Notes under the pieces: generated by a model
What the model saw: the letters and a program-made list of their open reading frames with translations, nothing else
The model's database searches: none
What the model was told of the DNA's origin: nothing
Origin: Candidatus Cloacimonadales bacterium
GTDB taxonomy: Bacteria; Cloacimonadota; Cloacimonadia; Cloacimonadales; JAFGVF01
Length of the DNA: 64,000 bases
Direction: 5' to 3'
Assembly: GCA_963662585.1 (NCBI GenBank)
Contig: OY759729.1
Coordinates: 1,920,001-1,984,000 of the forward strand
Position numbers and translations under genes: made by a program
In this document: positions 29,114-40,124 of the stretch, piece by piece
How positions within the stretch are numbered: position 1 is the first letter of the stretch
Layout of the letters: each line of letters opens with the position of its first letter

Positions 29114-30487
29114 ATGACAAAAAGAACAGGATTAACAATCATATTGTTAAGTTGTCTTACTTTAATCTTAGCTGTGAATCAGTTAAGTTTAGAGACAGCC
29201 AAGGAAATGTTATTACAGCAAAATCTTGATTACCTTTCAGTCCAAGCATCCAAGGATAAGGCAGAATCTACTGAAAAGTCAGCATTTTATTCTTACTTTC
29301 CAAGTGCTTCCTTGACAGGTAATCATACTCGTTATGAACCAGAATTGATGTCAGGTAAGTACACTAATCAAATAGGTTTATCAGTTACCCAGCCATTATT
29401 GGCAAATGGATCTATCTATTTTAATAACAAGATTCAGCAGGAGAATAGACTTTCTTCTCAAGTAAGTGTAAGGCAGAAAAGAATAGAAATTCTAAGCCAG
29501 CTTGAGATACTTTATTACACAGCTTTGGAGAGTCAGAGAAATCTTAAGATTGCTGAAAGTAGTTTAGAAAGGGCTCAAAAAGCTTATGAAAGTGGCAAGT
29601 TAAAGTTTCAGCAGAAGGTAATTTCCAAGGATCAGCTTCTTAGATTGCAGGTGGATGTTACCAATAAGTCTATCACCCTATTAAATAGTAAAAATTCTAA
29701 TGCAGATGCTTATCGAGCTTTGAAGGTATATCTTAATACAGATGCCGATTTTGAATTGCAGGAAATTGCATTTGTTCTTGATTCAACTTTGTTGGAGAAT
29801 CAAAGAAAGTTGGCAAGTAATTTTACTATAGCTAGAGAAGAATCTTTTATTAGAGGTAATTCAGCCTATCAAAAGCTTTTAACTAGACTTATTGCTCTTT
29901 CTTCAGATAAGAATCCTCAAATTGCTTTAGCTAAATCAGGAATAAACATGGCTAGCTTTTCAGTGAAACAACAGCAGTCTAGCTTTTTGCCTACTTTAAG
30001 CTTATCTTTCAATCAAAATTGGTCCGCTTCAGAGAAGTCTTCAGATTTCACAGATCAAACTACTCTTATGCTTAATGCTTCCCTATCTATTTTCCCATTA
30101 GTGAATAAATATCATAATGTGAATGCTCAAAAGATGAATCTTAAATCTGTTAACTATAATTATCAATCTTTACTTAAGGGGATTGAATCAAGTTTAGAAA
30201 CAGCTCTTAACAATTATCTTACTTCATTAGAAAGAAGTCAGTTAGCAGAGCAGACTTTAAGTCTTAACGAAGAGATTTTTAAGCAAATGACTACTAAGTT
30301 CCAAGCAAACTTAATCTCTGTTGATGAATATTTAGATGCTCAAGTTGATTTGGATCAAGCTCGTGAGCAATACAACAGTTCTTTATATGGTTTCCTTAAG
30401 AGTGAATCAAACTTACGCCGTACTATTGGGCTAGAAAACAGTAGTGAATTATCAGAAATAATTACTTTAGTATTAGAGGAGAAATAA
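29114..30487 (+). CDS. TolC-family outer membrane efflux protein
   Basis: Signal peptide, two OEP repeats (YFPSASL, FLPTLSL), first gene of an RND operon. Confidence 0.9.
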   Translation: MTKRTGLTIILLSCLTLILAVNQLSLETAKEMLLQQNLDYLSVQASKDKAESTEKSAFYSYFPSASLTGNHTRYEPELMSGKYTNQIGLSVTQPLLANGSIYFNNKIQQENRLSSQVSVRQKRIEILSQLEILYYTALESQRNLKIAESSLERAQKAYESGKLKFQQKVISKDQLLRLQVDVTNKSITLLNSKNSNADAYRALKVYLNTDADFELQEIAFVLDSTLLENQRKLASNFTIAREESFIRGNSAYQKLLTRLIALSSDKNPQIALAKSGINMASFSVKQQQSSFLPTLSLSFNQNWSASEKSSDFTDQTTLMLNASLSIFPLVNKYHNVNAQKMNLKSVNYNYQSLLKGIESSLETALNNYLTSLERSQLAEQTLSLNEEIFKQMTTKFQANLISVDEYLDAQVDLDQAREQYNSSLYGFLKSESNLRRTIGLENSSELSEIITLVLEEK

Positions 30488-31593
30488 TGAAAAAAGCACA
30501 TTCAAGAATGATTAAAATAGCGAGTTTATTTATAGTTTTAGGACTAGTATTTTCTAGTGGTTGTGGTAAGAAAGAGCAAGGTCAAAAGATGGAGAAGAAT
30601 GGAAATGGAGTCACTCGTGTGATTGTAGAACCAGTAAAACTTGAACCAATTGTTCGTACCATAAAGTTATCAGGTAAAGCTGAGGGCATAGTTGATATTG
30701 ATGTTCTTGCTGAAATCTCTGGCAGAATAGTCTCCCTCAACAAGAGGCTAGGAGATTGGGTGAAAACTGGTGATGAAATCGGACGCATAGAGTCTGCTCA
30801 ATACGAGTATTCATTCAAGCAAGCTCAGGCACAGCTAATAGCCACCGAAGCAGGATTGCGTTCTAAAGAGATGCAACTTGAAGCTGATTCACTTCTTTAC
30901 ATTCAGGAGTCTATCTCAGAGCAAGGACTTCTCAATTCCTATAATTCTTATCAGATGGCACTTTCCGCTTATAAGGGAGCACAGGCACTTTATGAGCAGA
31001 CTAAGCGTACCTTGGATAGGGCAATTATCAAAGCTCCTGCCACAGGTTACCTTGCTTATCTTCCTATAAAAGTGGGTGAAAATATTTCAGCAAACACTCT
31101 TCTTTATACCCTTGTGGATGATTCTCAGATTATCGTAAGAACAGGTATCGGACAGAATTATATCAATATGGTTGAAGCAAATGATGCTGTTGCAATTACT
31201 TGTAATAGTGTAAATTTACAAGTCAAGGGTCATGTTAGGAGTATAGGAAGGTCAGCCAAAGTAGGCGATTCTTTATATCCCATTGAAATAGCTTTTAAGA
31301 ACCCTGGAAATATGAAGTCTGGAATGATTCTTAATCTAGAACTTGAGAAAGCAACAACTGAATCTATGTTTGCTATCAAATTCTCGGTAGTAGAGCAACG
31401 CTATGACCAAAGATTTGTTTATGTAGCCGATGGAAAAAGTGCTTCATTACGAGAAATTAAGTTAGGTGATATGTTTGGAAATTATGTTGTAGTGACTGAA
31501 GGTTTATCAGTCAATGATCTATTAATCGTTGATAGTGCAGGTAAATTATCTGATGGACAGCCAATAACTTACACTTTATCAGAAGAGGAGTAG
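30487..31593 (+). CDS. RND periplasmic adaptor (MFP) lipoprotein
   Basis: SSGC lipobox, AEISGRI...GDWVKTGD, IKAPATG, VTEGL. Confidence 0.9.
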   Translation: MKKAHSRMIKIASLFIVLGLVFSSGCGKKEQGQKMEKNGNGVTRVIVEPVKLEPIVRTIKLSGKAEGIVDIDVLAEISGRIVSLNKRLGDWVKTGDEIGRIESAQYEYSFKQAQAQLIATEAGLRSKEMQLEADSLLYIQESISEQGLLNSYNSYQMALSAYKGAQALYEQTKRTLDRAIIKAPATGYLAYLPIKVGENISANTLLYTLVDDSQIIVRTGIGQNYINMVEANDAVAITCNSVNLQVKGHVRSIGRSAKVGDSLYPIEIAFKNPGNMKSGMILNLELEKATTESMFAIKFSVVEQRYDQRFVYVADGKSASLREIKLGDMFGNYVVVTEGLSVNDLLIVDSAGKLSDGQPITYTLSEEE

Positions 31594-31596
31594 AAT

Positions 31597-34500
31597 ATGT
31601 CTCTTCCTAAATTTTCAGTAGATAATCCGATTCTGGTAAATATGTTAATGATAATCGTTTTTATTTTCGGTTTCATAACAATTTACGAGATTCCTAAAGA
31701 AGAGATGCCCGGCATAGAGTTTGGTGCTTTCAATGTAACAGTCACTTATCCAGGAGTTTCCCCAGAAGAGATAGAGATGAATGTAGTTAATAAGATAGAG
31801 AAGCAGATTCAACGCATGGACGGTGTTGATTATATCTCTTCAACTTCTCAAGAGGGAATGGCTAATATTTATGTTCAGATGGAAGCAGATGCTGATATGG
31901 AGCGAGCTTGGAGTGATATTAATGCTGAACTAGACAAGGTAAATGACCTTCCTGAAAATGCCAATGACCCTATCGTAACTGAAATTAAGATGCGAGAACT
32001 CAATTCTATATGTTCTGTTGTGATTAGTGGAAATAAAGATGATAACACTCTGCGTGAAATTTCGGATGATTTTGAAGATGACTTACTTAAGATTCCTTTT
32101 ATCTCTAAAGTTGAAATATCAGGAACACGAGACCGCCAGTTCTGGATAGAAGTAGATAATGACCGTTTAAATCAGCTTGGAATCACCTATAATGAGATAG
32201 CAAATATTATTGCCCAGACCAATGCTAACACACCTGCGGGAGAGCTTGATGTAGGTTCTAGCCAGTATCTTGTTAGAACAATGGGTGAATATGCTTCTGT
32301 CGAAGATTTAGCAAATCAGATAGTAAGAATGGGCAGTGATGGTTCAGCTATCAGAGTCAAGGATTTTGCTCAAGTTTTGGATACTTTAGAAGACAGTGAG
32401 ACCATTGGTAAGTATAATGGGGTTCAAGGAATTAATGTATCCGTCTTTATGAAGGGTGAAGGCAACATTATCACAGTCATAGAAGATATCAAGGACTTAG
32501 CTCAAAAGTATCAAGATGATATTGCTGGAATTAGATTAGATGTGAGGAATGATGGTTCAATTAGGGTAAAGAATTCTATATCGACTCTTTCGACTAATGC
32601 TTTAATGGGAATCGTGCTTGTTTTCGTAGTCTTGTTTATCTTTTTGGGATTCAAGAATGCTCTCTATGCAGCCTGGGGAATTCCTTTTTCCTTCCTTTTG
32701 ACTGTTATCTTCATGAATTACTTTGGTGTAACGCTGAATAATCTCAGTCTTTTTGGCTTGATATTGGTCTTGGGAATGATTGTTGATGATGCCATTATTG
32801 TCTTGGAAAACATTCATCGTTATTCAGAGATGGGATATAGTAAATATGATGCCGCTCTCAAGGGTACTCAAGAAATTATGTGGCCTGTAATCTCAGCCGT
32901 CGCCACTACCATTGCCGCCTTTGCTCCTATGCTTTGGATGGAAGGTAATATGGGTAAGTTCTTGGGAAACTTCACTATCGTGGTTACTCTTGCCTTAACA
33001 GCTTCTCTTATTGAATGTTTGCTTCTGCTTCCTTCTCATGTTAATGAATTCGGAACTGCTAACTTTGTGGAAGGCAAAGACCATAAGCTTCATAAAGCCC
33101 TTACAGAGCGTTATAAAAAGGCAATTACTTGGGTGTTGAGACACAGAACAATCTCGTTGGGAACTGCCATTCTTGCCTTAATCGGCTCTGCTTCTTTACT
33201 TATGATTGGTGCTGTTGGCTTTGAATTCTTCCCTAAATCTACTCCCAAAACTCTTAAAATTATCGTGGAAACAGAAGTCGGTTCAAGCCTAGATAAGACT
33301 AATCAAATCATTGGTAATATTGAAAGAAAGATTATTACCATGAAAGAAAAAGACGATATTGAAGCCATTGTCTCTACTATTGGTTCTTACCGTGATAATA
33401 GAATTACCGAGCAAGCTACCAACTATGCAGAAGTCTCTGTTGACCTTATCGATGCCGACCAACTTACTAATGACTATCGACAAATTCGTAAAGGAATTAT
33501 GCAGATTCTAGACAATGCGGAAGGTATAAAACTCTACAAATTGAAAGAAGCTCAAGGGGGTGGTCCGCGTTCAGAATACGATATCGAACTCAGACTCTAC
33601 GGCGAAGATATGAAAGACCTTGATAAACTTAGTAGCTATCTTTCAAGTCTTCTCGAAGAAATTCCTGGTGTGGAAGAAATCGAACTTGGGCAGGATGAAG
33701 GTAAATCTGAAATCAGAATTATTCCTAAAAAAGAAGCTCTCTATATGCATGGTTTATCCGAAACAAGTATTTCCACTACTCTGGCAACTGCTCTTTATGG
33801 AAGAAAAATATCTAACTTCAGAGGAAGCGGAATTGAAGAATACGATATTATTCTCAAATCTAATGAAGAAGAGCTTTCAGACTTCTCAGACTTAGAAAAC
33901 CTTAAAATTCGTAATAATAAACAACAGTTAGTTCCTTTGCAAGATTTAGCAACTTTCACCATTAGTCAAGGGGCTGCAAAAGTTCAACACTACGACCTAG
34001 AAAGAATGTACACCATAACTGCTCAATGTGGTTTCTATGAAGAGAATGGAGTCCAAAAGAAACGATTACCAAGCGAAGTTACGGAAATATTGCAGGGTTC
34101 TAAACTAAAGGGAACAGAGGGACTTATAACTAACTTTAGTCAAAATAATCCTGGTTATAGAGTTGAAATGGGTGGTATCGAGAAACAACAAAACGAAACC
34201 TATTCCAGTCTGGGAAAAGCTTTTGGTATTGCTCTCTTGCTTATCTTTACCATTCTCGCTACCCAATTCAAATCCTACTTCAAACCTCTTATCGTCATGT
34301 CTGCTCTGCCATTCGCCTTTATCGGAGTGGTGTTCGGACTCTTCATCACTGGCCAATCATTCTCTATGATGACTATGATCGCGGTGCTTGCTCTGGCTGG
34401 GATTGTGGTCAATGATTCCCTGGTGCTAGTTGATTTTATTAACAGAGAAAGAGAAGAAGGTAGAGATAGATGGAACTCACTTGTCAATGCTGGTGCAGTC

Positions 34501-34743
34501 AGACTTAGACCAATCATCATGACTACTGTTACTACTATTGCTGGATTCTTGCCTATGATTCTCTCAAACTCTGTCGCTACTGCAGACTGGAAACCTATGG
34601 CTACTGCTATCGCTTTCGGACTCGCCTTCGCTACCGTACTAACTTTATTCTTAGTTCCTGTACTCTATTCAATAGTCGATTCTATCACTGTTAGAGTTAC
34701 TGGTAAAGGTGAAAAAACTAAAGCAAAAAATATAATAAGCTAA
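31597..34743 (+). CDS. RND efflux permease (AcrB/AcrD/AcrF family)
   Basis: YPGVSPEEIE, GMIVDDAIIVLEN, GIVVNDSLVL, RLRPIIMTT; 1048 aa. Confidence 0.95.
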   Translation: MSLPKFSVDNPILVNMLMIIVFIFGFITIYEIPKEEMPGIEFGAFNVTVTYPGVSPEEIEMNVVNKIEKQIQRMDGVDYISSTSQEGMANIYVQMEADADMERAWSDINAELDKVNDLPENANDPIVTEIKMRELNSICSVVISGNKDDNTLREISDDFEDDLLKIPFISKVEISGTRDRQFWIEVDNDRLNQLGITYNEIANIIAQTNANTPAGELDVGSSQYLVRTMGEYASVEDLANQIVRMGSDGSAIRVKDFAQVLDTLEDSETIGKYNGVQGINVSVFMKGEGNIITVIEDIKDLAQKYQDDIAGIRLDVRNDGSIRVKNSISTLSTNALMGIVLVFVVLFIFLGFKNALYAAWGIPFSFLLTVIFMNYFGVTLNNLSLFGLILVLGMIVDDAIIVLENIHRYSEMGYSKYDAALKGTQEIMWPVISAVATTIAAFAPMLWMEGNMGKFLGNFTIVVTLALTASLIECLLLLPSHVNEFGTANFVEGKDHKLHKALTERYKKAITWVLRHRTISLGTAILALIGSASLLMIGAVGFEFFPKSTPKTLKIIVETEVGSSLDKTNQIIGNIERKIITMKEKDDIEAIVSTIGSYRDNRITEQATNYAEVSVDLIDADQLTNDYRQIRKGIMQILDNAEGIKLYKLKEAQGGGPRSEYDIELRLYGEDMKDLDKLSSYLSSLLEEIPGVEEIELGQDEGKSEIRIIPKKEALYMHGLSETSISTTLATALYGRKISNFRGSGIEEYDIILKSNEEELSDFSDLENLKIRNNKQQLVPLQDLATFTISQGAAKVQHYDLERMYTITAQCGFYEENGVQKKRLPSEVTEILQGSKLKGTEGLITNFSQNNPGYRVEMGGIEKQQNETYSSLGKAFGIALLLIFTILATQFKSYFKPLIVMSALPFAFIGVVFGLFITGQSFSMMTMIAVLALAGIVVNDSLVLVDFINREREEGRDRWNSLVNAGAVRLRPIIMTTVTTIAGFLPMILSNSVATADWKPMATAIAFGLAFATVLTLFLVPVLYSIVDSITVRVTGKGEKTKAKNIIS

Positions 34744-34760
34744 CTAAGAATTACCTCCTA

Positions 34761-34846
34761 TAATCCCCTTCTAATGAGGGGGACACAGGGGGTGATTCAA
34801 TACTTCCTAAAATCCCTTTCTAATGAGGGGGAACAGGGGGTGAATC
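34761..34846. repeat. Two tandem REP-like units AATCCC(C/T)TTCTAATGAGGGGGA(C)ACAGGGGGTGA
   Basis: Copies at ~34761 and ~34811; a third related copy at ~41695-41730. Confidence 0.7.
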
Positions 34847-34908
34847 ACTGGGAACGCTTGCATCCCTGCAGGCATTTAAGTAATTATGACTTAATAATGA
34901 ATAAAATT

Positions 34909-34941
34909 AGGAGTAGGCTATTGGGCTTGCTCCTTTTTTTT
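34909..34941 (+). terminator. Intrinsic terminator after the RND operon
   Basis: AGGAGTAGGC-loop-GCTTGCTCCT plus T run. Confidence 0.7.
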
Positions 34942-35070
34942 GTGAGAGAGATTAGAGAAGAATCATTTTTAAATAGCAAAACTATGTAAATAAAACAAGT
35001 TATTGTGTAATTTAGCAGTAATAACTATAAAAAAATTGACAAAAACAGTAACTCTTTTTTAGTTATTATC

Positions 35071-35778
35071 ATGAAGTTAATAAAATCAAAGAATCCCAAT
35101 ATATATTATTGTTTTGGTAACAAAGATGATAGTCTTTTCCGGTTAAAAGCTGGGGAAGTCGCAATTTTAGTCTCTGAAAAGGAGATAACTAAAGATCGAT
35201 TTGTTATGGCAGATCAAACTCATTCTACTGAAGTTAGGGTGATTGAAGAAGCTGATTTTGGCTCTGGATTTCTTGCCCATAAAGCTGCCATCCCTATAGT
35301 AGATGGATTTGTTACAGATCTAAGTAATGTGTTCATTGTTATTAAAGGGGCAGATTGTACTCCAATTTTGGTTTATTCTAAGAGTAAAAATATTGTGGGA
35401 GGATGCCATTCTGGGCGCGAAGGCACTAAAAATGGGATAGTAAAAGAAGTGATAAGTAAAATGCTTGAAGTATATGGTGCTTCTCTTGATGATTTGATAG
35501 TTATGGTAGGTCCAGCAATAAGTGGGGAGAATTATCAGGTCTCTGAAGAGATCTATAATGATTTTATTAATATTACTGGTCTAGAACAAAGTTATCGTAA
35601 GATAGATATGCAAAAAGTAATACTTCGTGATGTTTTGGAAATGGGGATTAAAAGAGAAAATGTTCAGCTTGATAGTGTATGTACTTATGCTGATTCTCGA
35701 TATTTCTCCTACCGAAGAGATAAATCAAAAGACAGGCAATTAGCAATAATAGGAATTTCAGATGGAAAGATATTCTAA
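35071..35778 (+). CDS. pgeF: YfiH/PgeF family purine nucleoside phosphorylase-like (laccase-domain) protein
   Basis: QTHS, DGFVT, ADCTPI, HSGREG, GPAI, CT...YFSYRR. Confidence 0.9.
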   Translation: MKLIKSKNPNIYYCFGNKDDSLFRLKAGEVAILVSEKEITKDRFVMADQTHSTEVRVIEEADFGSGFLAHKAAIPIVDGFVTDLSNVFIVIKGADCTPILVYSKSKNIVGGCHSGREGTKNGIVKEVISKMLEVYGASLDDLIVMVGPAISGENYQVSEEIYNDFINITGLEQSYRKIDMQKVILRDVLEMGIKRENVQLDSVCTYADSRYFSYRRDKSKDRQLAIIGISDGKIF

Positions 35779-37033
35779 TAACCGTGAAGATATTGTAATA
35801 GAAGTAACAAATAATAAATTGTGTGCAACAATGACTATTAGCCGTGAGGGTGGGGTTATTGAACAAGATGAGATAATTAGCTTAATCAATCAAGCAGGAA
35901 TCTCTAATGGCTTTATTAGCAGTATTGATCAAGAGGGTGAAAAAGAAGTTAATCAGCCTTTTAAGATTGCAGAAGTAAAGCCTGTAAATACTGAGATTAA
36001 TTTTGACTTATATTACAAAACTGATGAGTTATATTATCCCAAGACACCTCTTAATGAAGCAAATATTTTTCGGTTAGTATATGTCCAAAAGGGATCTGCT
36101 ATTGGAAAACTCTCCTTTGATGAAGATATGTTAAGTCGCAAGGATATATATGGTAATTATCTTTTAACATCTGAAGGAAGAAATAATATAATAGAAAAGT
36201 TCAAAGGTGATAACTTAGATTTTGATTTTAATAATAATGAGTATATTGCTAAAATAAATGGTTATTTGTCATTAGATGGACAGGGCAAGTATAGTATAAC
36301 AAATCATTTATATATTAATCATGATATTAATCGGGATTATGGTAATATCTATATTTTAGGAAATTTAACTATTCAGGGCCATGTTAAGAGTGTTAGACAC
36401 ATAAGAGTTTTGGGAGAATTGACTATCGAAGGTAATGTCTCTCAAAGTAATATTTATGCTGAGCAAGCTATTGAAATAAAAGGTAAACTAGAAAGCTGTA
36501 ATAGTGGAGGAGTTTCCTGTCCTAAAAGTATTATTTGCTCAGAGATTAAAAACTCCAAGGTATTTGCTGGTGAAGATTTAACTGTTAAGGGGAATATCTA
36601 TAACTCTCGACTTGTGGGAGAAGCTTCAATTCAGGTTGATGATTCAGCGGAAGTTATAGCCTCTGATCTCCAAAGTTCTCGTTATATAAAGGTTGGTAAT
36701 GTAAGAAATGATGGTGACTCTATCTCTGATTTAGAGATCTCAGTTAGTCCTTATACCAAAGAACAATTAATGATTCTTACACGCGAGTTAGTTTATTTCA
36801 ATGAGAATGATAGCAATAATGAAAAGATTCCAATTATAAATAATGAGATTAAGCAGTTGGAAGAGATTCTTTCAACAAAAGTCGAAGAAGCTATTGAATT
36901 AGAAAATAATGATTCCTTGATGATTGAAACAAGTGGGCAGATTTCTCAAGGTGTGAAACTAAAAATATTAAAAGAATCTATGATTGTTTCAGATGATAGT
37001 TTTAAAAATAAGAAGATAATTAATTTAAGATGA
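35762..37033 (+). CDS. FapA/DUF342 family beta-helix protein
   Basis: N-terminal EIISLINQAGISNG, IAKINGY, beta-helix repeats GNIYILGNLTIQGHV, C-terminal coiled coil. Confidence 0.75.
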   Translation: MERYSNNREDIVIEVTNNKLCATMTISREGGVIEQDEIISLINQAGISNGFISSIDQEGEKEVNQPFKIAEVKPVNTEINFDLYYKTDELYYPKTPLNEANIFRLVYVQKGSAIGKLSFDEDMLSRKDIYGNYLLTSEGRNNIIEKFKGDNLDFDFNNNEYIAKINGYLSLDGQGKYSITNHLYINHDINRDYGNIYILGNLTIQGHVKSVRHIRVLGELTIEGNVSQSNIYAEQAIEIKGKLESCNSGGVSCPKSIICSEIKNSKVFAGEDLTVKGNIYNSRLVGEASIQVDDSAEVIASDLQSSRYIKVGNVRNDGDSISDLEISVSPYTKEQLMILTRELVYFNENDSNNEKIPIINNEIKQLEEILSTKVEEAIELENNDSLMIETSGQISQGVKLKILKESMIVSDDSFKNKKIINLR

Positions 37034-37040
37034 GGATAAA

Positions 37041-40000
37041 ATGAAAAGAAGAATCTTGATAGGGTTGTTACTATTAATGTCGTTTGGATTAGTGGCCTTT
37101 GAGCCACATTTTGTGAAAGATCCTGATATCTCACCTGATGGTTCAGAGATATGCTTTGTTTATCGTGATGATTTATGGATAGTTCCTTATGAAGGAGGAA
37201 CAGCAATTAGACTGACTGATACTGAATCAAGTGATTCAGGTCCGGTCTACTCTCCTGATGGTAGTCAAATTGCTTTTGATTCAAATCGTGAAGGTTTTAG
37301 AGCAATTTATATCATCTCTAGTGAAGGGGGAGAAATAACTAGGGTAGGAGAAACAGGATTAGGTTTATTAGGTTGGTTTCCAGATGGAAAACATCTATTA
37401 GCTAGTAAGTATGATATGCGCCTAGGCTCAGGTTTTTATAAAATATCTTTAGATAATAAGAGAGCTGAAGAGATTACTTTAATTGGTGGACCCTTCGTAA
37501 CTATAGGTGAAGATGGTAATGCAATAATTTATTCTGATCGCGGAGATCCTTATAGAGAAGCTTATACTGGAAGTACTGATGGAGAGCTTTGGAAATATGA
37601 TATTAAAAAGAATGAGTATACTAAATTAACTGATAATGAGCTTACTGAGAGATATCCAGTGTTTTCTAATGTTAATTCTAACCGACTCTATTATGCAAAA
37701 TCAGATGGGGAAATTTTTCAACTTTTCCAAGCAGATAACTATGATTTCAAGAATGAAAAGCAGTTAACTGATTTCCCAACTTGGTCTGTAAGAGATATCT
37801 CAGTTGCTCGAAATAGTGACAGATTAGTTTTTGAAAAGTTTGATGAAATCTGGGCTTATGATACTGCTGTAAATTCAAAGCAGAAAGCTAAGAAAATTGA
37901 TATAGATATTAGAGAAATTCAAGAAAAAAACACTATGATAAGAAGTTATGAGATGAATAGCTTTGATGATTTTGAAGTTTCTCGCAATGATGATTTTATT
38001 GTTTTTAATTATAAATACGACCTCTTCATGGTCCCTGTAGCAGGTGGTCCTGTTAAACAGATTACTTATGATCAAGTTCCTTATCAAGGTATTCGTATCT
38101 TAAGAGATAACAAGACAGTAGTTGTTACTGGAAGAGAACGAGGAGAAGGTGAACTTTTTAAATTCTCTATAGATAAACCTGAAGAATTAGAACTGATTCC
38201 TTGGAGTAAAGATAAAGCGATTGATAGTGTCTCTGAGACAGAAGAAGGTAACTATTTGATTAAGTATTATGTGGAAAAAAATCAACAGATGATGGCAATT
38301 ACAGATTCTCTTTTTTCTACTTTTAAACCTATTAAATTCAATAAATATCCAATTCTAGAATATGCTGATAGAAAGAACTCTCGCTATGTTGCGTTTGTAG
38401 AATATGATTATGAAAAGAGTATATTCTATCTTTACTTGAGAGATACAGTAATTGGTGAATCATACCTGCTTCATAATTCTTATAAATCTTGCTATAACAT
38501 TGTTTGGGGTAAAGATGATAAGTCACTCTTCTTTACTGAAAGTGGAGATATTAGAAGAATTGATTTACACCCTATTGATGAGTTAGCTGATTACACCGAT
38601 CCTTGGAGTAAGATTGTCTCAAAAGAAGTAAAGGCAGACACTAAGAGTGATGCTGATAAAAAAAGTGAAGAATACCCAAATTTACAGATTGAATTGAATG
38701 GTATTGAATCTAGAATAAAAACAATTATTGCTAGTCCCGGCTATAATTTTATTATTTCGGTAGTTAATGACTCTACTATCTATTATGCTAATTCAAATAG
38801 TAATACCACACTTTATCAATCTAACTACGATGGTGGTAATCTAGAGAAATTAACCTCTATCGATGATAAAAACTACTATTCATATAATGAAGATTCTTAT
38901 ACCTATTATTATAACAATGGCCATAAAATTAGCTCCTTCAACTTACAAACAAGAAAAACTGATGAAATAGGAAACTCTTTCTTCTATGAATATGATTTAA
39001 ATAATGTAAGACAACAAGTGTTTAGGGAAGTATGGGGTCAATTTGGACTCAACTTCTATGATCCTAATATGCACGGAGTTGACTGGGAAAAACTTTATAA
39101 AAAGTATGAACCTTATACTCAGTACTGTTTTGATGAAGAATCTCTGTCTAATATCATTGAAGAGATGATTGGGGAAGTTAATGCTTCTCATACTGGATTT
39201 TCTGCGAAAAGCTATAATAGTACTTTCTATTATCAAACAGGCTTGATAGGTGCTGAATTTGATTATTCTAAAAGGTTAAAAAAAGGGATTAAGTTTAGAA
39301 GAATTTATGATGGTACCTCACTTAAAGATGTCTATAAAGTAGAATCAGGCGATCTGCTTCTTGCTGTAAATGACCAGGAAATTACAAGTGAAACTGATAT
39401 TAATGCTCTCTTCTTCAATACCCAAAATAGGAAGATTAAATTAAAAGTTAAAAAACAAAAAGAAGAACCAATTGAGGTCTGGGTTGATGGTATGACCTGG
39501 AGCCAAAACTCTAATTTAGAATACCAAGATTGGGTTAATAGACGCAAAGAAATAGTTGATGAAAAATCTAAGAATAAACTAGCTTATCTTCATATTCAAA
39601 GAATGAACGGCAGTTCTTACTCAAAATTCTTGGAAGAGTTTTGGAATGATAACCTTAAAAAAGATGGTCTTATTATTGATGTCAGAGGTAACGGTGGCGG
39701 AAATATTAGTGAAGAATTAATCGACGCTATTGGTCAAAAACCTCTCTCTTACTCTTCTTCAAGAAGTTGGGGAGATAAAAAATACAAAACTCCTGGTCGC
39801 TATTATGATAAAGCTATTGTTATTCTAATTGATGAAGATTCGTTCTCAGATGCAGAAGTTTTCCCACATCTTATTCAAGAACAAAAAATGGGAACTATTA
39901 TTGGTATGCCTACTAGTGGCTCTGTAATCGGAACAATTGATATTGACCTATTTGATGGCTCATCTTTGAGATTACCTAGATCAGGTTGGTGGACTCTTAG

Positions 40001-40124
40001 TGGTACTAATATGGAAGGAAATGGAGTTCAACCAGACATAAGAGTTGAGCTTACACCAGAAGATAAGATTTCTGATAATGACCGTCAATTAGATAAAGCT
40101 ATCGAGTATTTACTAAATAAATAA
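37041..40124 (+). CDS. Tricorn-like S41 peptidase
   Basis: PD40 repeats (PDISPDG, YSPDG), FYDPNMHGVDW, NASH, PDZ, IIDVRGNGGG, SFSDAE, EGNGVQPD. Confidence 0.92.
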   Translation: MKRRILIGLLLLMSFGLVAFEPHFVKDPDISPDGSEICFVYRDDLWIVPYEGGTAIRLTDTESSDSGPVYSPDGSQIAFDSNREGFRAIYIISSEGGEITRVGETGLGLLGWFPDGKHLLASKYDMRLGSGFYKISLDNKRAEEITLIGGPFVTIGEDGNAIIYSDRGDPYREAYTGSTDGELWKYDIKKNEYTKLTDNELTERYPVFSNVNSNRLYYAKSDGEIFQLFQADNYDFKNEKQLTDFPTWSVRDISVARNSDRLVFEKFDEIWAYDTAVNSKQKAKKIDIDIREIQEKNTMIRSYEMNSFDDFEVSRNDDFIVFNYKYDLFMVPVAGGPVKQITYDQVPYQGIRILRDNKTVVVTGRERGEGELFKFSIDKPEELELIPWSKDKAIDSVSETEEGNYLIKYYVEKNQQMMAITDSLFSTFKPIKFNKYPILEYADRKNSRYVAFVEYDYEKSIFYLYLRDTVIGESYLLHNSYKSCYNIVWGKDDKSLFFTESGDIRRIDLHPIDELADYTDPWSKIVSKEVKADTKSDADKKSEEYPNLQIELNGIESRIKTIIASPGYNFIISVVNDSTIYYANSNSNTTLYQSNYDGGNLEKLTSIDDKNYYSYNEDSYTYYYNNGHKISSFNLQTRKTDEIGNSFFYEYDLNNVRQQVFREVWGQFGLNFYDPNMHGVDWEKLYKKYEPYTQYCFDEESLSNIIEEMIGEVNASHTGFSAKSYNSTFYYQTGLIGAEFDYSKRLKKGIKFRRIYDGTSLKDVYKVESGDLLLAVNDQEITSETDINALFFNTQNRKIKLKVKKQKEEPIEVWVDGMTWSQNSNLEYQDWVNRRKEIVDEKSKNKLAYLHIQRMNGSSYSKFLEEFWNDNLKKDGLIIDVRGNGGGNISEELIDAIGQKPLSYSSSRSWGDKKYKTPGRYYDKAIVILIDEDSFSDAEVFPHLIQEQKMGTIIGMPTSGSVIGTIDIDLFDGSSLRLPRSGWWTLSGTNMEGNGVQPDIRVELTPEDKISDNDRQLDKAIEYLLNK

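Noticed and set aside
34774..34989. 71-aa ORF after the RND permease
   Set aside because: Made up of REP-like repeats and a terminator
35762..37033. Evidence of flagellar motility from the FapA-like gene
   Set aside because: DUF342 proteins alone do not imply flagella, and no flagellar genes are in the window
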